In this document: in pieces, positions 10,786 to 21,293 of the stretch | Layout: each line of letters starts with the position of its first letter | Position numbering within the stretch: the first letter of the stretch is position 1 | From: Candidatus Multivorans sp. | Lineage (GTDB): Bacteria > Acidobacteriota > Thermoanaerobaculia > Multivoradales > Multivoraceae | DNA length: 64,000 bases | NCBI GenBank assembly: GCA_965247095.1 | Contig: OZ251997.1 | Span: 1,792,001 to 1,856,000 of the forward strand | Reading direction: 5' to 3' | Program-made: the position numbers and the translations under genes | The notes under the pieces: model-generated | Told to the model about the DNA's origin: nothing | Databases searched by the model: none | What the model saw: only the letters and a program-made list of their open reading frames with translations

Positions 10786-12987
10786 CTACTCCAGGTGCCA
10801 GCCGTGGTCGGCCTGGAGCAGGGCCCGCTGCGAGTCGAACGGCGCGCCCTGATCCTCGGGCTCGACGCGCGTGTAGCCGCCGTCCGATTCCAGACGGCGG
10901 CAGTTCGCCGTATCGACCAGGTGTGGCGCCAGGATGTCGCGTAGCGCCGCCCGGCGCAGGTCCGGATCGAGAATCGGACACAGCAGTTCGACCCGGCCAT
11001 TCAGGTTGCGCGGCATGATGTCCGCGCTGCCGGTGAACAGTTCTTCGTCGCCGCCGTTCCGGAAGTAGTAGAGACGCGAGTGCTCCAGGAACCGGCCGAC
11101 GATCGAGGTCACCGAAATGTTCTCGGACAGGCCCGGCAAACCGGGTCTCAAACAGCAGGTTCCGCGCACTTGGAGCAGTACCTCTACGCCCGCCTGGGAG
11201 GCGCGGTACAGCGCGTCGATGCAATCCCGGTCGACCAGTGAGTTCATCTTCAAGATCAGGCGACCGCAGCCGCGCCGGCGGTGGTCCTCGATCTCCCGAT
11301 CGATCCGCCGGATCAGCTCCCGGCGCATCTGCACGGGCGCGACCAGCAGCTTGCTGTAGCTCTCCTCGCGGGCATAGCCGGTGATCGAGTTGAACAGCTT
11401 GGCGACGTCCGAAGTGATGTCGTCGTCGTCGGTCAGGAGACCGATGTCGGTGTAGATGCGCGCCGTGACCGGGTTGTAGTTGCCGCTCGCCAGGTGGACG
11501 TACGAATGCAGGGTGCCTGCTTCGCGGCGGACGACGAGACACATCTTGGCGTGCGTCTTGAGCCCGAACACGCCGTAGACCACATGAACGCCGGCGGCTT
11601 CCAGCGCCCGGGCCCAACCGATGTTGTACTCCTCGTCGAAACGGGCTTTCAACTCGACCAGAACCGAGACCTGCTTCCCTTTCTCGCGCGCTTCCATCAA
11701 CGCCTCGACCACCGGTGAGTTCGCGCCCACCCGGTAGAGCGTCTGCTTGATCGCAATCACGTCCGGGTCGGCGACCGCCTCGCGCAGCAGCCGCACGACC
11801 GGCGAGAAGCTGTCGTACGGGTGGTACAGCAGATGGTCGCGCCGGCGAATCGACTGGAACAGGGGTTCGTCGGACCGTAGCGCCGGATGGCGGACCGGCC
11901 GGATCGGGGCGTCCCGAAGTTCCGGACGGTCGAGGAAGGCGATCTCACTCAGGTCTCCCAGGCCGAGAGGCGAAGGCAACGTATCGACCTGGAAGGGCGC
12001 CAGCCCCAGGTTCCGTTCCAGGATGGCCCGGATCTTCTTGGGCGTGTCCTCCCGCACCTCGAGCCGCACAACCGAGCCGAAGTACCGCTGGCCGACGACC
12101 TCCACGATCGCGGTCAACAGATCGTCCGCCTCGTCGTCCTCGATCTCCAGGTCGGCATCGCGGATGACGCGGAACGTGTAGGCAGCAACAACCTCGAAGC
12201 CGGGAAACAGGAGGTCGAGATTGGCAGCGATCAGCTCCTCGATCCACACGAACTTCCCGCGCGCCGACTTGTCCAGCCCGAGTTCGTCCCGGCCGCCCCC
12301 CGGCGCCCGCACCAGGCGCGGCAGAAGCTGCGGCACCTTGACGCGGGCGAAGCGCTGCCCCTGGCTCCCGTCGTCGATCACCACGGCCAGGTTCAGGCTC
12401 AGGTTCGAGACGTGGGGGAAGGGATGGCTGGGATCGAAGGCAAGCGGCGTCAGGACCGGGAAGATCTCGCGTTCGAAGTTGGCGCGCAGCTTGCGCTTCT
12501 TCCTGGCCGAGAGGTCGTCGTAGGAAACGATCTCGATGCCTTCGTCCCGGAGCTTGGGCAGCAGATCGCCGTGCCAGCAGCCGTAGACGAGCTGGCGCTC
12601 GCTCTGCAGGTGGGACCGGATGCCGGCCAACTGCTCGGACGGCGTCATGCCGTCCGGCGGCGCCTCCAGCGCGCCGCGCTCCAACTGCCGGCACAGCCCC
12701 GACACCCGCACCATGAAGAACTCGTCCAGGTTGGTGCCGTAGATCGACAGGAACTTGACCCGCTCCAGCAGTGGGTGCCGTGGATCGCACGCTTCCTCAA
12801 AGACCCGGCTGTTGAACTGCAGCCAGCTCAGCTCCCGGTTGATGTAGTGCTCGGCCAGCCCCGGCGTGATCGCCGGCGGCCGCGCTTCGGTCGCCGTCTC
12901 GGGTTCCACCTCGCAAGCCGGCGCCGGAACCGGCGCAAGCGACGGCTCGATCAGACTCTCAGCGGCTGCGGACTCTGGGTTCGCCAC
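10786..12987 (-). CDS. ppk1: Polyphosphate kinase 1; start approximate
   Basis: NRELSWLQFNSRV, HPYDSF, ELKARFDE, GRFLEHSR. Confidence 0.97.
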   Translation of the reverse strand: MANPESAAAESLIEPSLAPVPAPACEVEPETATEARPPAITPGLAEHYINRELSWLQFNSRVFEEACDPRHPLLERVKFLSIYGTNLDEFFMVRVSGLCRQLERGALEAPPDGMTPSEQLAGIRSHLQSERQLVYGCWHGDLLPKLRDEGIEIVSYDDLSARKKRKLRANFEREIFPVLTPLAFDPSHPFPHVSNLSLNLAVVIDDGSQGQRFARVKVPQLLPRLVRAPGGGRDELGLDKSARGKFVWIEELIAANLDLLFPGFEVVAAYTFRVIRDADLEIEDDEADDLLTAIVEVVGQRYFGSVVRLEVREDTPKKIRAILERNLGLAPFQVDTLPSPLGLGDLSEIAFLDRPELRDAPIRPVRHPALRSDEPLFQSIRRRDHLLYHPYDSFSPVVRLLREAVADPDVIAIKQTLYRVGANSPVVEALMEAREKGKQVSVLVELKARFDEEYNIGWARALEAAGVHVVYGVFGLKTHAKMCLVVRREAGTLHSYVHLASGNYNPVTARIYTDIGLLTDDDDITSDVAKLFNSITGYAREESYSKLLVAPVQMRRELIRRIDREIEDHRRRGCGRLILKMNSLVDRDCIDALYRASQAGVEVLLQVRGTCCLRPGLPGLSENISVTSIVGRFLEHSRLYYFRNGGDEELFTGSADIMPRNLNGRVELLCPILDPDLRRAALRDILAPHLVDTANCRRLESDGGYTRVEPEDQGAPFDSQRALLQADHGWHLE

Positions 12988-13057
12988 GGTAACCGCTGAT
13001 TTTACACCGCTTCCGGCGCCCGTGCGGCAGCCGAACGGTCCGCGGGGCTGGCGACGG

Positions 13058-15022
13058 CTAGGAGGCTGCGCGCCGCCGGACCACAACGAAGGTCACGTCG
13101 TCGGACGGAACTCCCCCGGGGGAAAGTTCTTCGACCCAGCGCTCGAACTCCGCTACCGCCTCCGCCGCGGGGAGCTGGCCCACGTCGCGCCAGCGGCCGG
13201 CAACGACCGGGTAACTCACCGGCTCGCCGCTTGCGTCCAGCATCTCGGGCAAGCCGTCGCTCATCAGGAGCGCCGCGTCACCCGGATCGAGCCGGACCTG
13301 GTGGCGCTCGTACGAGGCATGGGCCATGGTGCCGAGCGGCACCCCGGAACTCATGATCTCCTCGACCTCGCCGGATGGACAGCGACTGACGAGCACGGGC
13401 GGCATGCCGGCGGAGGCGAGGTCGAGCACGCCCTCGTGGTACCGCGCCAAAACCAGCGCCATCGCCCGCCGGCCCAGGTTCATCGACCGGATGGCCGCCG
13501 TCGCATGGGACAGGAACGCCGCCAGGTCGAGGCCCAGGTCCGCGGACGCCAGCAACGTCTTCACCACCGTGACCATGGTGCCGGCGCGCGCACCGTGCCC
13601 GGTGGCGTCGCCGACCGCAATGATCAGGGAGCCGTCGTGCCGGGGCCTGAAGTCGTAGTAGTCGCCTCCGACTTCCGAGGCCGTGCGCAGGAACACGGCG
13701 ATTTCGAGGTCGGGGTGCTCCGGCAGCGTCGCGGGCAGCAACGAGAGCTGGAATCGCCGCGCCTCCTCCAACTCCATCGTCTGCCGCTCGTTCTCCGCTT
13801 CGAGCAGCCGGCGGCCGACCTCCTGCTGACGGCGGAGCCGTTCCTGCTCCAGCAACTGCCGCCTGTTCTTCTCCTGATCGCGGGCCATGCGATTGAACGC
13901 CTCGCCCAGCTTGCCCACCTCGTCGCGACCACCCAGGCGCGCCCGGGCCGAGGCGACGCCCCTGGCCAGGCGGTCGACCTGTCTGGTCAGGTGGCTGAGC
14001 CGGCGCGTGAGGCGGTTGGCCAGCGGAGCGGCCGCGAACAGGGACAGGCTCACCAGGCCGACGCCGACACCGAAGTTCCGCAACGAGGCGCTGCGCATCT
14101 CGGCCAGAGACGCGCCGATCGGACGGACGATGCCGTAGACGAGGTCACCTTCCACCGCGGCCTGGGTCACCACCACCCAATTGCTCAAGCCCCTCCACAG
14201 GGCCTCATCTCCGGCGACGAGAGCCTCGGGGAGCGGCTGCCCACCCGGACAGCGCACGCCCTGGAGGAACTCCAGCTCCTCCGGCGCCGAGGTGTAGATC
14301 TCGCCCTCCGCGTCGATCGCGAACGGCACCGCGCCGCCCGTGCGAGGAATCCGGCTCAGTACATTGCGCATCAACCTTTCGGGCCGGATCCCGGCGTGCA
14401 GCTCGCCAACCACGTGGCCGTCCCGGTGGACGGGAGTCGAAACCGGGCCGCCAAAGATCTGGGCCATTCGATCCCGCGCCCTGCGCAACCACTCCGGGTC
14501 GTCCAGCCCCATCCCAGGCGCCCCGTTTCCTTCCGTCATCCCCGGCCGCTCCGGGCGGCCCCCTGACGGGCGCCCGTCCCGGTCGCCGAACCGCGACCAC
14601 AGGAAACGTCGGCCCGCCCTGCCCACCTGTCCGGGGTCGCCGGGAGCGTCGGCGCCGAGCGCCCCACCCGGCGGAACGACTCGTCCGGGCTCGGGCGCGC
14701 CGGCAGGCACGAACTCAAGCACTTCGACGAAGTTCGCGCTGTCGCCCAAGTTGCTCAGCAGTTGGTCCACCAGCGCCTCCCGGTCGACGTACTGGGGGTC
14801 GTCGAAGGGCAGCATCATCCCGAGCGTCCCCACATACCGCTGCAGATCTTCCCTCGTGCGGCGAAGCCCGACCGAGATCTGCCTGGCGACGTCCAGCGTC
14901 TCGGCCTGGACCGCGGTGCGGAACGCATTCGCCGAGGAGACGTACGAATAGCCGACGATGCCTGCCAGGGGCAGAACCGCCAGGACCAGGAAGGCGAGGA
15001 TCAGTTGGCTACGCAGCTTCAT
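13058..15022 (-). CDS. Membrane HAMP + PP2C (SpoIIE/RsbU-like) phosphatase
   Basis: Two TM segments, HAMP (DEVGKL), VGGDYYD, GDATGHG, SDGL.E, DDVT. Confidence 0.92.
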   Translation of the reverse strand: MKLRSQLILAFLVLAVLPLAGIVGYSYVSSANAFRTAVQAETLDVARQISVGLRRTREDLQRYVGTLGMMLPFDDPQYVDREALVDQLLSNLGDSANFVEVLEFVPAGAPEPGRVVPPGGALGADAPGDPGQVGRAGRRFLWSRFGDRDGRPSGGRPERPGMTEGNGAPGMGLDDPEWLRRARDRMAQIFGGPVSTPVHRDGHVVGELHAGIRPERLMRNVLSRIPRTGGAVPFAIDAEGEIYTSAPEELEFLQGVRCPGGQPLPEALVAGDEALWRGLSNWVVVTQAAVEGDLVYGIVRPIGASLAEMRSASLRNFGVGVGLVSLSLFAAAPLANRLTRRLSHLTRQVDRLARGVASARARLGGRDEVGKLGEAFNRMARDQEKNRRQLLEQERLRRQQEVGRRLLEAENERQTMELEEARRFQLSLLPATLPEHPDLEIAVFLRTASEVGGDYYDFRPRHDGSLIIAVGDATGHGARAGTMVTVVKTLLASADLGLDLAAFLSHATAAIRSMNLGRRAMALVLARYHEGVLDLASAGMPPVLVSRCPSGEVEEIMSSGVPLGTMAHASYERHQVRLDPGDAALLMSDGLPEMLDASGEPVSYPVVAGRWRDVGQLPAAEAVAEFERWVEELSPGGVPSDDVTFVVVRRRAAS

Positions 15023-15030
15023 CGCAAGTA

Positions 15031-15900
15031 CTAACCGGAGTCGGGCGCCCGAGCTTCCCGGTCCGCCCCAGCCTTGAGGGTCGGCTGCCGCACCAACCCG
15101 CCATCCTTGCGCCGACCGACCAGCGAGCTGACCACGCCGTGAAGCGCCCGCACCTCGTGCTCCCTGAGCTCCGCACGGTGCAGGATACTCCGCAGGTTGC
15201 GGACCATGATTCCCCGCTTTTCCGTTACGCGCAGGAAGCCGGAGGCGTCGAGCTCCTGCTCCAGGTGCTCGAACAGGTTGACGAGTTGCGCCGCGGTGGC
15301 GAGCGGCGTCGTCGACTTCGGGCCGGCGGCTGCCACCGAGCCGCCTGCCTCGGCCTCGAACCAGGCGTGGGCGACCAGCAGCACCGCCTGCGCCAGGTTG
15401 AGCGACGAGTACTCCGGATTCAGAGGAATGTGGACGATGTGCGACGCCAGGGCAACGTCGTCGTTGCCGAGTCCTGTGCGCTCAGGACCGAACAGCACCC
15501 CCGAGCGGAGCCCCTGCGCGGCGCAGCCCCGGACTTCGATGGCCAACTCGCCCGGTCCGATCGCCGGTTTGAGCAGATCGCGACGGCGCGCGGTCGTGGC
15601 GTACACGCGGTGCAGATCGGCTACGGCCTCGGCCGTGGTCTCGAACACCGCTGCCCGGTCGACGATCTCACGGGAAACCCCGGTCGCCATCGCCTGCGCG
15701 CGCTCGTTCGGCCAACCGTCGCGCGGCGCCACCAGGCGCAACTCGGTCAACCCGCAGTTCAGCATCGCCCGGGCCGCCGCCCCGATGTTCTCGCCCAACT
15801 GCGGGCCCACCAGAACGATCACCGGTCGCAGGGAGGCCCCTGGCGCGTCGCCCTGCGCCTCAGCCGCCCTGGCTTCCGCCTCTGATCTTTGACTAGCCAT
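15031..15900 (-). CDS. trmJ: SPOUT RNA methyltransferase, TrmJ/LasT type
   Basis: PQLGENIGAAARAM.NCG, FGPERTGL, YSSLNLAQAV. Confidence 0.85.
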   Translation of the reverse strand: MASQRSEAEARAAEAQGDAPGASLRPVIVLVGPQLGENIGAAARAMLNCGLTELRLVAPRDGWPNERAQAMATGVSREIVDRAAVFETTAEAVADLHRVYATTARRRDLLKPAIGPGELAIEVRGCAAQGLRSGVLFGPERTGLGNDDVALASHIVHIPLNPEYSSLNLAQAVLLVAHAWFEAEAGGSVAAAGPKSTTPLATAAQLVNLFEHLEQELDASGFLRVTEKRGIMVRNLRSILHRAELREHEVRALHGVVSSLVGRRKDGGLVRQPTLKAGADREARAPDSG

Positions 15901-15946
15901 TCTTATTCGTAGCGCTACGACCGCGCAGGATAGCTAGGCTACACAG

Positions 15947-18535
15947 GTGACTCCCGCCCACCTCGCGGATCGGCTGCCCGAGACTCCGGGGGCGATTCCT
16001 CCCGACGACATCCTGGAACGGTTCCTGGACTGGGTCGCCGGGCTCGGCTTCGAGCTCTTTCCACCGCAGGAGGAGGCGCTGATCGAACTGATGGCCGGGC
16101 GCCACGTGGTCCTCGACACGCCGACCGGGTCCGGCAAGTCCCTGGTCGCGATGGCCCTTCTGTTCAAGGGCCTCTGTGAAGGTCGGACCGGCATCTACAC
16201 AGCGCCGGTCAAGGCCCTCGCCTCGGAGCAGTTCTTCCGCATGTGCGACGAGTTCGGCGCCGAGCGCGTCGGCATGCTGACCGGCGATGCGAGCATCAAC
16301 CCGGAAGCGCCGATCGTCTGCTGCACCGCCGAGGTGCTCGCGAACATGGCGCTCCGGCAGGGCGCGGCGCTGCCGGTCGATTACGTGGTCATGGACGAGT
16401 TCCACTACTACTCGGATCGGGAGCGCGGCGTCTCGTGGCAGGTGCCCCTGATCACCCTCCCCGACACGACCTTCCTGTTGATGTCGGCGACGCTCGGCAA
16501 CATGGCGCCGATCAGCGAGGCTCTCGAACGGGCCACGAAGCGGCCGGTCGCGCTCATCAGCAGCCGGGACCGCCCGGTGCCGCTCGAGTACGAGTACCAC
16601 GAGACACCCCTGGGTACGACGATCGACGACCTCGTCGCCGGCGGCAGGGCGCCGATCTACGTCGTCAACTTCACCCAACGCGACTGCGCCCAACTGGCGC
16701 AGAGCCTGACCAGCCTGAGGCTCTGCACCCGGGACGAGAAGAAGGCGATCTTCGAAGGCGTGGGCGACTTCCGTTTCGACACCGCGTACGGCAAGGAGGT
16801 GCGGCGCTTCCTGAGCTTCGGGATCGGCATTCACCACGCCGGGCTGCTGCCGAAGTACCGGCTGCTGGTCGAGAAGCTCGCGCAACTCGGGCTGCTCAAG
16901 GTCATCGCCGGCACGGACACTCTCGGCGTCGGCGTCAACGTGCCGATACGCACCGTCCTCTTCAGCCAGCTCAGCAAGTACGACGGCCAGGACGTGGCCA
17001 TCCTCAAGGTGCGGGACTTCCAGCAGATCGCCGGGCGGGCCGGCCGCAAGGGGTTCGACGAGCAGGGCTGGGTCGTTTGCCAGGCGCCGGAACACGAGAT
17101 CGACAACCAGCGCCGCCGGATGAAGGCTTCAGCCTCGCCTCGCGGCAGGCGCCGCAAGCAGTTCCGCAAACGGCCTCCTCCCCGGGGTTTCGTGCCCTGG
17201 GACGAGCGCACCTTCCGGCGTCTGATCCACAGTCGACCGGAGACGCTCGAATCCCGATTCCGGCTCAGCCACGGCATGGTGTTCGACCTGATCCAGGCCG
17301 ACGAACCGACCGGGAACGGCGGCCCCCAACAGAACTTCACCTCGATCCGGCGGTTGATCGCCGCGTGTCATGAGAAACCCGCCAGAAAGAAGCGCCTGAT
17401 CGGCCAATCGGCAGAACTGATCCGGGCGCTCCACCGTGGCGGCATCGTGCGCATGGCGCCTTCGCACGGCAACGGCTACCGGGCCGAGGCGGACCGCAAC
17501 CTCCAGTTCGAGTTCTCGATGCACCAGAACCTGTCGCTCTACCTGGTCTCGACCCTGGAACTGCTCGATCCGGAGGATCCCGACTACGGCCTGGACCTGC
17601 TCAGCCTGGTCGAGGCGATCCTCGAGAACCCCGAGATCGTGCTCCGCCAGCAGGCTCGCAAGCTGCGCGACGAGCTGGCCGCCAGGCTCAAGGTCGAGAG
17701 GGTGCCGTTCGAGGAGCGGATGGAGCGGCTACGCGAGGTGACGCATCCGAGACCGCTGGCCGATCTCATCGAACCGACGTTCGCGGAGTTTCGCCGTTCC
17801 CACCCCTGGGTCCTCGGCGATTCGATCCGGCCGAAGCGGGTCGGCCGCGAGGTCTACGAGGACTTCCTGAGCTTCGACGAGTTCATTCGTCGCTACGGGC
17901 TGCAACGCTCCGAAGGCGTCGTTCTCCGCTACCTGAGCCGATTGTTCAAGGTCCTGAGCCGCGGCGTGCCGGACCGTTTCAAGACGGAGGCCGTGTTCGA
18001 CCAGCTCGGCTACTTCCACGCCCTGCTCAGCCGGGTCGACCGCAGCCTGCTCGACGAGTGGAAGCGGCTGCTCGAACCGGTCGCGGGCGACGGTCCGACG
18101 GCGGGCGCCGAACGCGCCGCCGAAGCCTACGATCTCAGGAGCTCCCGGCGCGCCTTCGCTGCCCGCGTGCGCGGCGAACTGCACCAACTCGTGCGAGCCC
18201 TCGCCGTGCACGACTTCGAAGAGGCGGCGCTCCTCGTCGGACCGGATCGCGGCGGCCGCTCCTGGACCCCCGAACGCCTGCAGGAAGCACTCGAACCGTT
18301 CTTCGCCGAGCACGAACGGATCGACATCTCACCGGCCGCCCGGCAGGCCCGGTTGACCGCGATCGACGAAGCGACCGCCCGGGACTGGACCTTCCGCCAC
18401 GTGCTCCTCGACCCGGAAGGCGAGAACATGTGGTCGCTCGAAGGCGTGATCGACCTCGGCGCCCTCACCGTCGACCGGGAGAGTCAGGCGGCGGAAACGC
18501 GCCGGCTCCTGCGCCTGGACCGGATCGGTACCTAG
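15947..18535 (+). CDS. Ski2/HelY-like DExH helicase (DUF3516-type C-terminus)
   Basis: TPTGSGKS, DEFH, SAT, QIAGRAGR. Confidence 0.9.
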   Translation: MTPAHLADRLPETPGAIPPDDILERFLDWVAGLGFELFPPQEEALIELMAGRHVVLDTPTGSGKSLVAMALLFKGLCEGRTGIYTAPVKALASEQFFRMCDEFGAERVGMLTGDASINPEAPIVCCTAEVLANMALRQGAALPVDYVVMDEFHYYSDRERGVSWQVPLITLPDTTFLLMSATLGNMAPISEALERATKRPVALISSRDRPVPLEYEYHETPLGTTIDDLVAGGRAPIYVVNFTQRDCAQLAQSLTSLRLCTRDEKKAIFEGVGDFRFDTAYGKEVRRFLSFGIGIHHAGLLPKYRLLVEKLAQLGLLKVIAGTDTLGVGVNVPIRTVLFSQLSKYDGQDVAILKVRDFQQIAGRAGRKGFDEQGWVVCQAPEHEIDNQRRRMKASASPRGRRRKQFRKRPPPRGFVPWDERTFRRLIHSRPETLESRFRLSHGMVFDLIQADEPTGNGGPQQNFTSIRRLIAACHEKPARKKRLIGQSAELIRALHRGGIVRMAPSHGNGYRAEADRNLQFEFSMHQNLSLYLVSTLELLDPEDPDYGLDLLSLVEAILENPEIVLRQQARKLRDELAARLKVERVPFEERMERLREVTHPRPLADLIEPTFAEFRRSHPWVLGDSIRPKRVGREVYEDFLSFDEFIRRYGLQRSEGVVLRYLSRLFKVLSRGVPDRFKTEAVFDQLGYFHALLSRVDRSLLDEWKRLLEPVAGDGPTAGAERAAEAYDLRSSRRAFAARVRGELHQLVRALAVHDFEEAALLVGPDRGGRSWTPERLQEALEPFFAEHERIDISPAARQARLTAIDEATARDWTFRHVLLDPEGENMWSLEGVIDLGALTVDRESQAAETRRLLRLDRIGT

Positions 18536-18547
18536 GAGCAGGCGGCG

Positions 18548-19225
18548 CTAACGCCGCCGCTCCACCCCCAGCTTCGGACACCACTCCTCCACCGGACAGC
18601 GCGAGCACCAGGGGCTGACCGGCACGCACAGCTTCTGACCGAAACTGACCAGCGTCTTGTTCAGGCCGATCCACTGGCTCCGCGGCAGCTTCGCGCGCAG
18701 AGCCATTTCGGTCTCCAGGGGATTGCGGGTATCCACGTAGCCCCACAGGTTCGTGATCCGGTGGACGTGGGTGTCGACGCAGATGCCGGGCCGCCGGAAG
18801 CCCTCGGTGACGACCAGGTTCGCGGTCTTGCGTCCGACGCCCGGCAGTTCGATCAGCTCCTCCACCGTCTGCGGCACGTCGCCGCCGAACCGCTCCCGCA
18901 GCACGCCCATCGCGAGCCGGAGGTTCTTCGCCTTCGTGCGGTAGAAGCCGACCGGGAAGATGAGGCGCTCGAGTTCGGCAGCCGGCAGAGCCGCGATCTC
19001 CTCCGGTGTCGAGGCCGCGTCGAACAGCCGCCGGGTCGCGGCCGCTGTCGCCTCGTCCTTCGTCCGCGCGCTCAGAATCGTCGACACGAGCACCTTGAAC
19101 GGATCCTGCTCGGTCTCGGCAATCAGCGTCACGATCGGCAACCGGGTGCCCTCGAGGCGCCGCCGGATGCGCCGCAGCATCGCGGCCAGACGGCGGTTCG
19201 ACGGCGGCGTCGGCAGAGCGGACAC
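18548..19225 (-). CDS. nth: Endonuclease III
   Basis: HhH LPGVGRKTA, VDTHV and a C-terminal 4Fe-4S Cys cluster. Confidence 0.93.
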   Translation of the reverse strand: MSALPTPPSNRRLAAMLRRIRRRLEGTRLPIVTLIAETEQDPFKVLVSTILSARTKDEATAAATRRLFDAASTPEEIAALPAAELERLIFPVGFYRTKAKNLRLAMGVLRERFGGDVPQTVEELIELPGVGRKTANLVVTEGFRRPGICVDTHVHRITNLWGYVDTRNPLETEMALRAKLPRSQWIGLNKTLVSFGQKLCVPVSPWCSRCPVEEWCPKLGVERRR

Positions 19226-19294
19226 GACGAAGCGACGCTACCAGCCCGTGTTGGCTGCAATAGCGCCGCCCGCAACTGCTGTTACCTTGACCTG

Positions 19295-20203
19295 ATGAAG
19301 ATCGCGGTGAGCGGCGCCTCCGGCCTGATCGGCAGCGCCCTGGTTCGCAGCCTGGAGACTTCCGGCCACCAGTGCCTGCACCTGGTGCGCCGGCGGCCGC
19401 GTGACTCGCGAGAGATGGAGTGGCAGCCCGAGCGCGGCCTCGCCAAGCCCACCGGCGTCGAAGGGTTCGACGCCCTCGTCCACCTGGCTGGCGAGAGCGT
19501 CGCCAGCGGGCGCTGGACCGCGGCGCGCCGCCGCAGAATCCAGTCCTCCAGAGCCCCGGCGACCCGCCGCCTGGTGGAATCTCTGAGCGGGCTCAAGCGG
19601 CCGCCGCGCGTGTTCGTCTGTGCCTCCGCGGTCGGCTACTACGGCGACAGGGGCGACGAGCTGCTGGACGAGGACTCCCCCGCGGGCGGCGGATTCCTGG
19701 CCTCCGTCTGCCGCGACTGGGAAGCCGCGGCCGCGACCGCGGCAACGGTCTGCGAACGGGTGGTGATGCTCCGCTTCGGCGTCGTGCTCTCGGCCGCCGG
19801 CGGCGCCCTGCCCCGGATGCTGGCGCCGTTCCGCTTCGGACTCGGCGGCCGCCTCGGATCGGGCCGGCAGTACTTCCCGTGGATTCACCTCGACGACGCG
19901 GTAGCCGCCATCCGCCACCTGATCGACCGCGGCGAAGGCCCCGTCAACCTCACCGCGCCGGAACCGGTCACGAACGCGGACCTCACCCGCTCGCTGGCGC
20001 GCACCCTGCGCCGGCCGGCGCTGCTCCCGGCGCCGACTCCGGCCCTCGTCGCGGTCTTCGGCGCCATGGCGCGCGAGGCGCTGCTGGCCAGCGCCCGCGT
20101 GGTCCCGGCACGCCTTCTAAGCGGCGGCTTCGCGTACCGCCACCCGACTCTCGACTCGGCTCTCGCTCACGAGTTGTCGCCGTTCGGCAACGCGATGAAG
20201 TAG
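19295..20203 (+). CDS. TIGR01777-family NAD-dependent epimerase
   Basis: GASGLIG, SAVGYYG, GSGRQYFPWIH. Confidence 0.92.
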   Translation: MKIAVSGASGLIGSALVRSLETSGHQCLHLVRRRPRDSREMEWQPERGLAKPTGVEGFDALVHLAGESVASGRWTAARRRRIQSSRAPATRRLVESLSGLKRPPRVFVCASAVGYYGDRGDELLDEDSPAGGGFLASVCRDWEAAAATAATVCERVVMLRFGVVLSAAGGALPRMLAPFRFGLGGRLGSGRQYFPWIHLDDAVAAIRHLIDRGEGPVNLTAPEPVTNADLTRSLARTLRRPALLPAPTPALVAVFGAMAREALLASARVVPARLLSGGFAYRHPTLDSALAHELSPFGNAMK

Positions 20204-20417
20204 GCGCTTCTCGCCCGGGCAGGAGCATCGCCACGATCCCCGGAGGCCGTTGATCCGACATGGGGCTACAATCCGGGAAGCCAAGCGGCGCCCGGCGTGT
20301 TGGGAATGATGAGCGCTGTCGGCAGCCCACCCAGCCGCCAGGACACGGCCGGCAGCGAGCGGAGTTTCCATCCACCTCGCCGGTTTCCGTCAACGGACGC
20401 CCAGCCAACCCCAAGAC

Positions 20418-21143
20418 ATGGCCTTCAAACTCGAGAAACGCAAGACCTCCGGGTCCAAGTCCGCGACCTCATCCCTCCATTTCGGAGGCGCGCCCTACGA
20501 ATTGAAGCCGCAGAGCAGGACCCCGCTGCGAGTGGGCATCGTCGTCACGCTCGCCTTCCACGTCCTGCTGTTCCTGATCACCTTCCCCAACATGAAGCCC
20601 CGCCCGCTCCAGGCGGCGCAGGCGCAGAAGACCTTCATGGTCACGACGGTTCGTTTCAAGCCGCCGCCACCCGCGAGGGCGAAGCCCATCCCGAAGCCCA
20701 AGACGCGGAAGATCCCGATCCCGGATCCGACCCCGGACGATCCCGAGCCGCTGATCGAAGAAGAGCTGTTCGATGCGCCGGAGATCGACTTCGACGGCAT
20801 CAGCGACGTGCTGTTCGACATTCCCGCAGCTCCCTCCCCTGCCGGTCCGCCGGGAACCATGTGGGTCGAAGGCGATGTCCTGCCGCCGAAGAGAACCCAC
20901 GCCCCCCGGCCCAACTACACCGAAGAAGCCCGCCGGGCACGGGTCCAGGGCGTCGTCATCCTCCAGGCCGTGGTCGACACCCTGGGCAACGTGGGCTACG
21001 TCAAGGTCCTCAAGGGCCTGCCCGAAGGCCTCACCGAGTCCACCGTCCAGGTCGTCGAGCAGTGGCGCTACGAGCCCGCGACATTGAACGGCGAGCCGGT
21101 CCCGGTCTACATCAACCTGACCGTCAACTTCTCGCTGCAGTAG
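20418..21143 (+). CDS. tonB: TonB family protein
   Basis: TM segment with His, Pro-rich linker, TonB_C (P.YTEEARRARVQG.V). Confidence 0.88.
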   Translation: MAFKLEKRKTSGSKSATSSLHFGGAPYELKPQSRTPLRVGIVVTLAFHVLLFLITFPNMKPRPLQAAQAQKTFMVTTVRFKPPPPARAKPIPKPKTRKIPIPDPTPDDPEPLIEEELFDAPEIDFDGISDVLFDIPAAPSPAGPPGTMWVEGDVLPPKRTHAPRPNYTEEARRARVQGVVILQAVVDTLGNVGYVKVLKGLPEGLTESTVQVVEQWRYEPATLNGEPVPVYINLTVNFSLQ

Positions 21144-21166
21144 CGGGCGTCGGATCCGGCGACGCT

Positions 21167-21269
21167 CTCCTTGTCTTGCACCTATGCACCACAAGCCAGT
21201 TTGTGCAACACTTTGGCCTCAAGGTCGTGACACAAACCAGTTTGTCGTACACAGGTGTCACACAACGAG
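21167..21269. repeat. 103-bp imperfect palindrome, copy 1
   Basis: Self-complementary; aligns ungapped to 22419-22521 (73/103 by hand count). Confidence 0.85.
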
Positions 21270-21293
21270 CGATCGGCTCCTCCAACGCCCCGT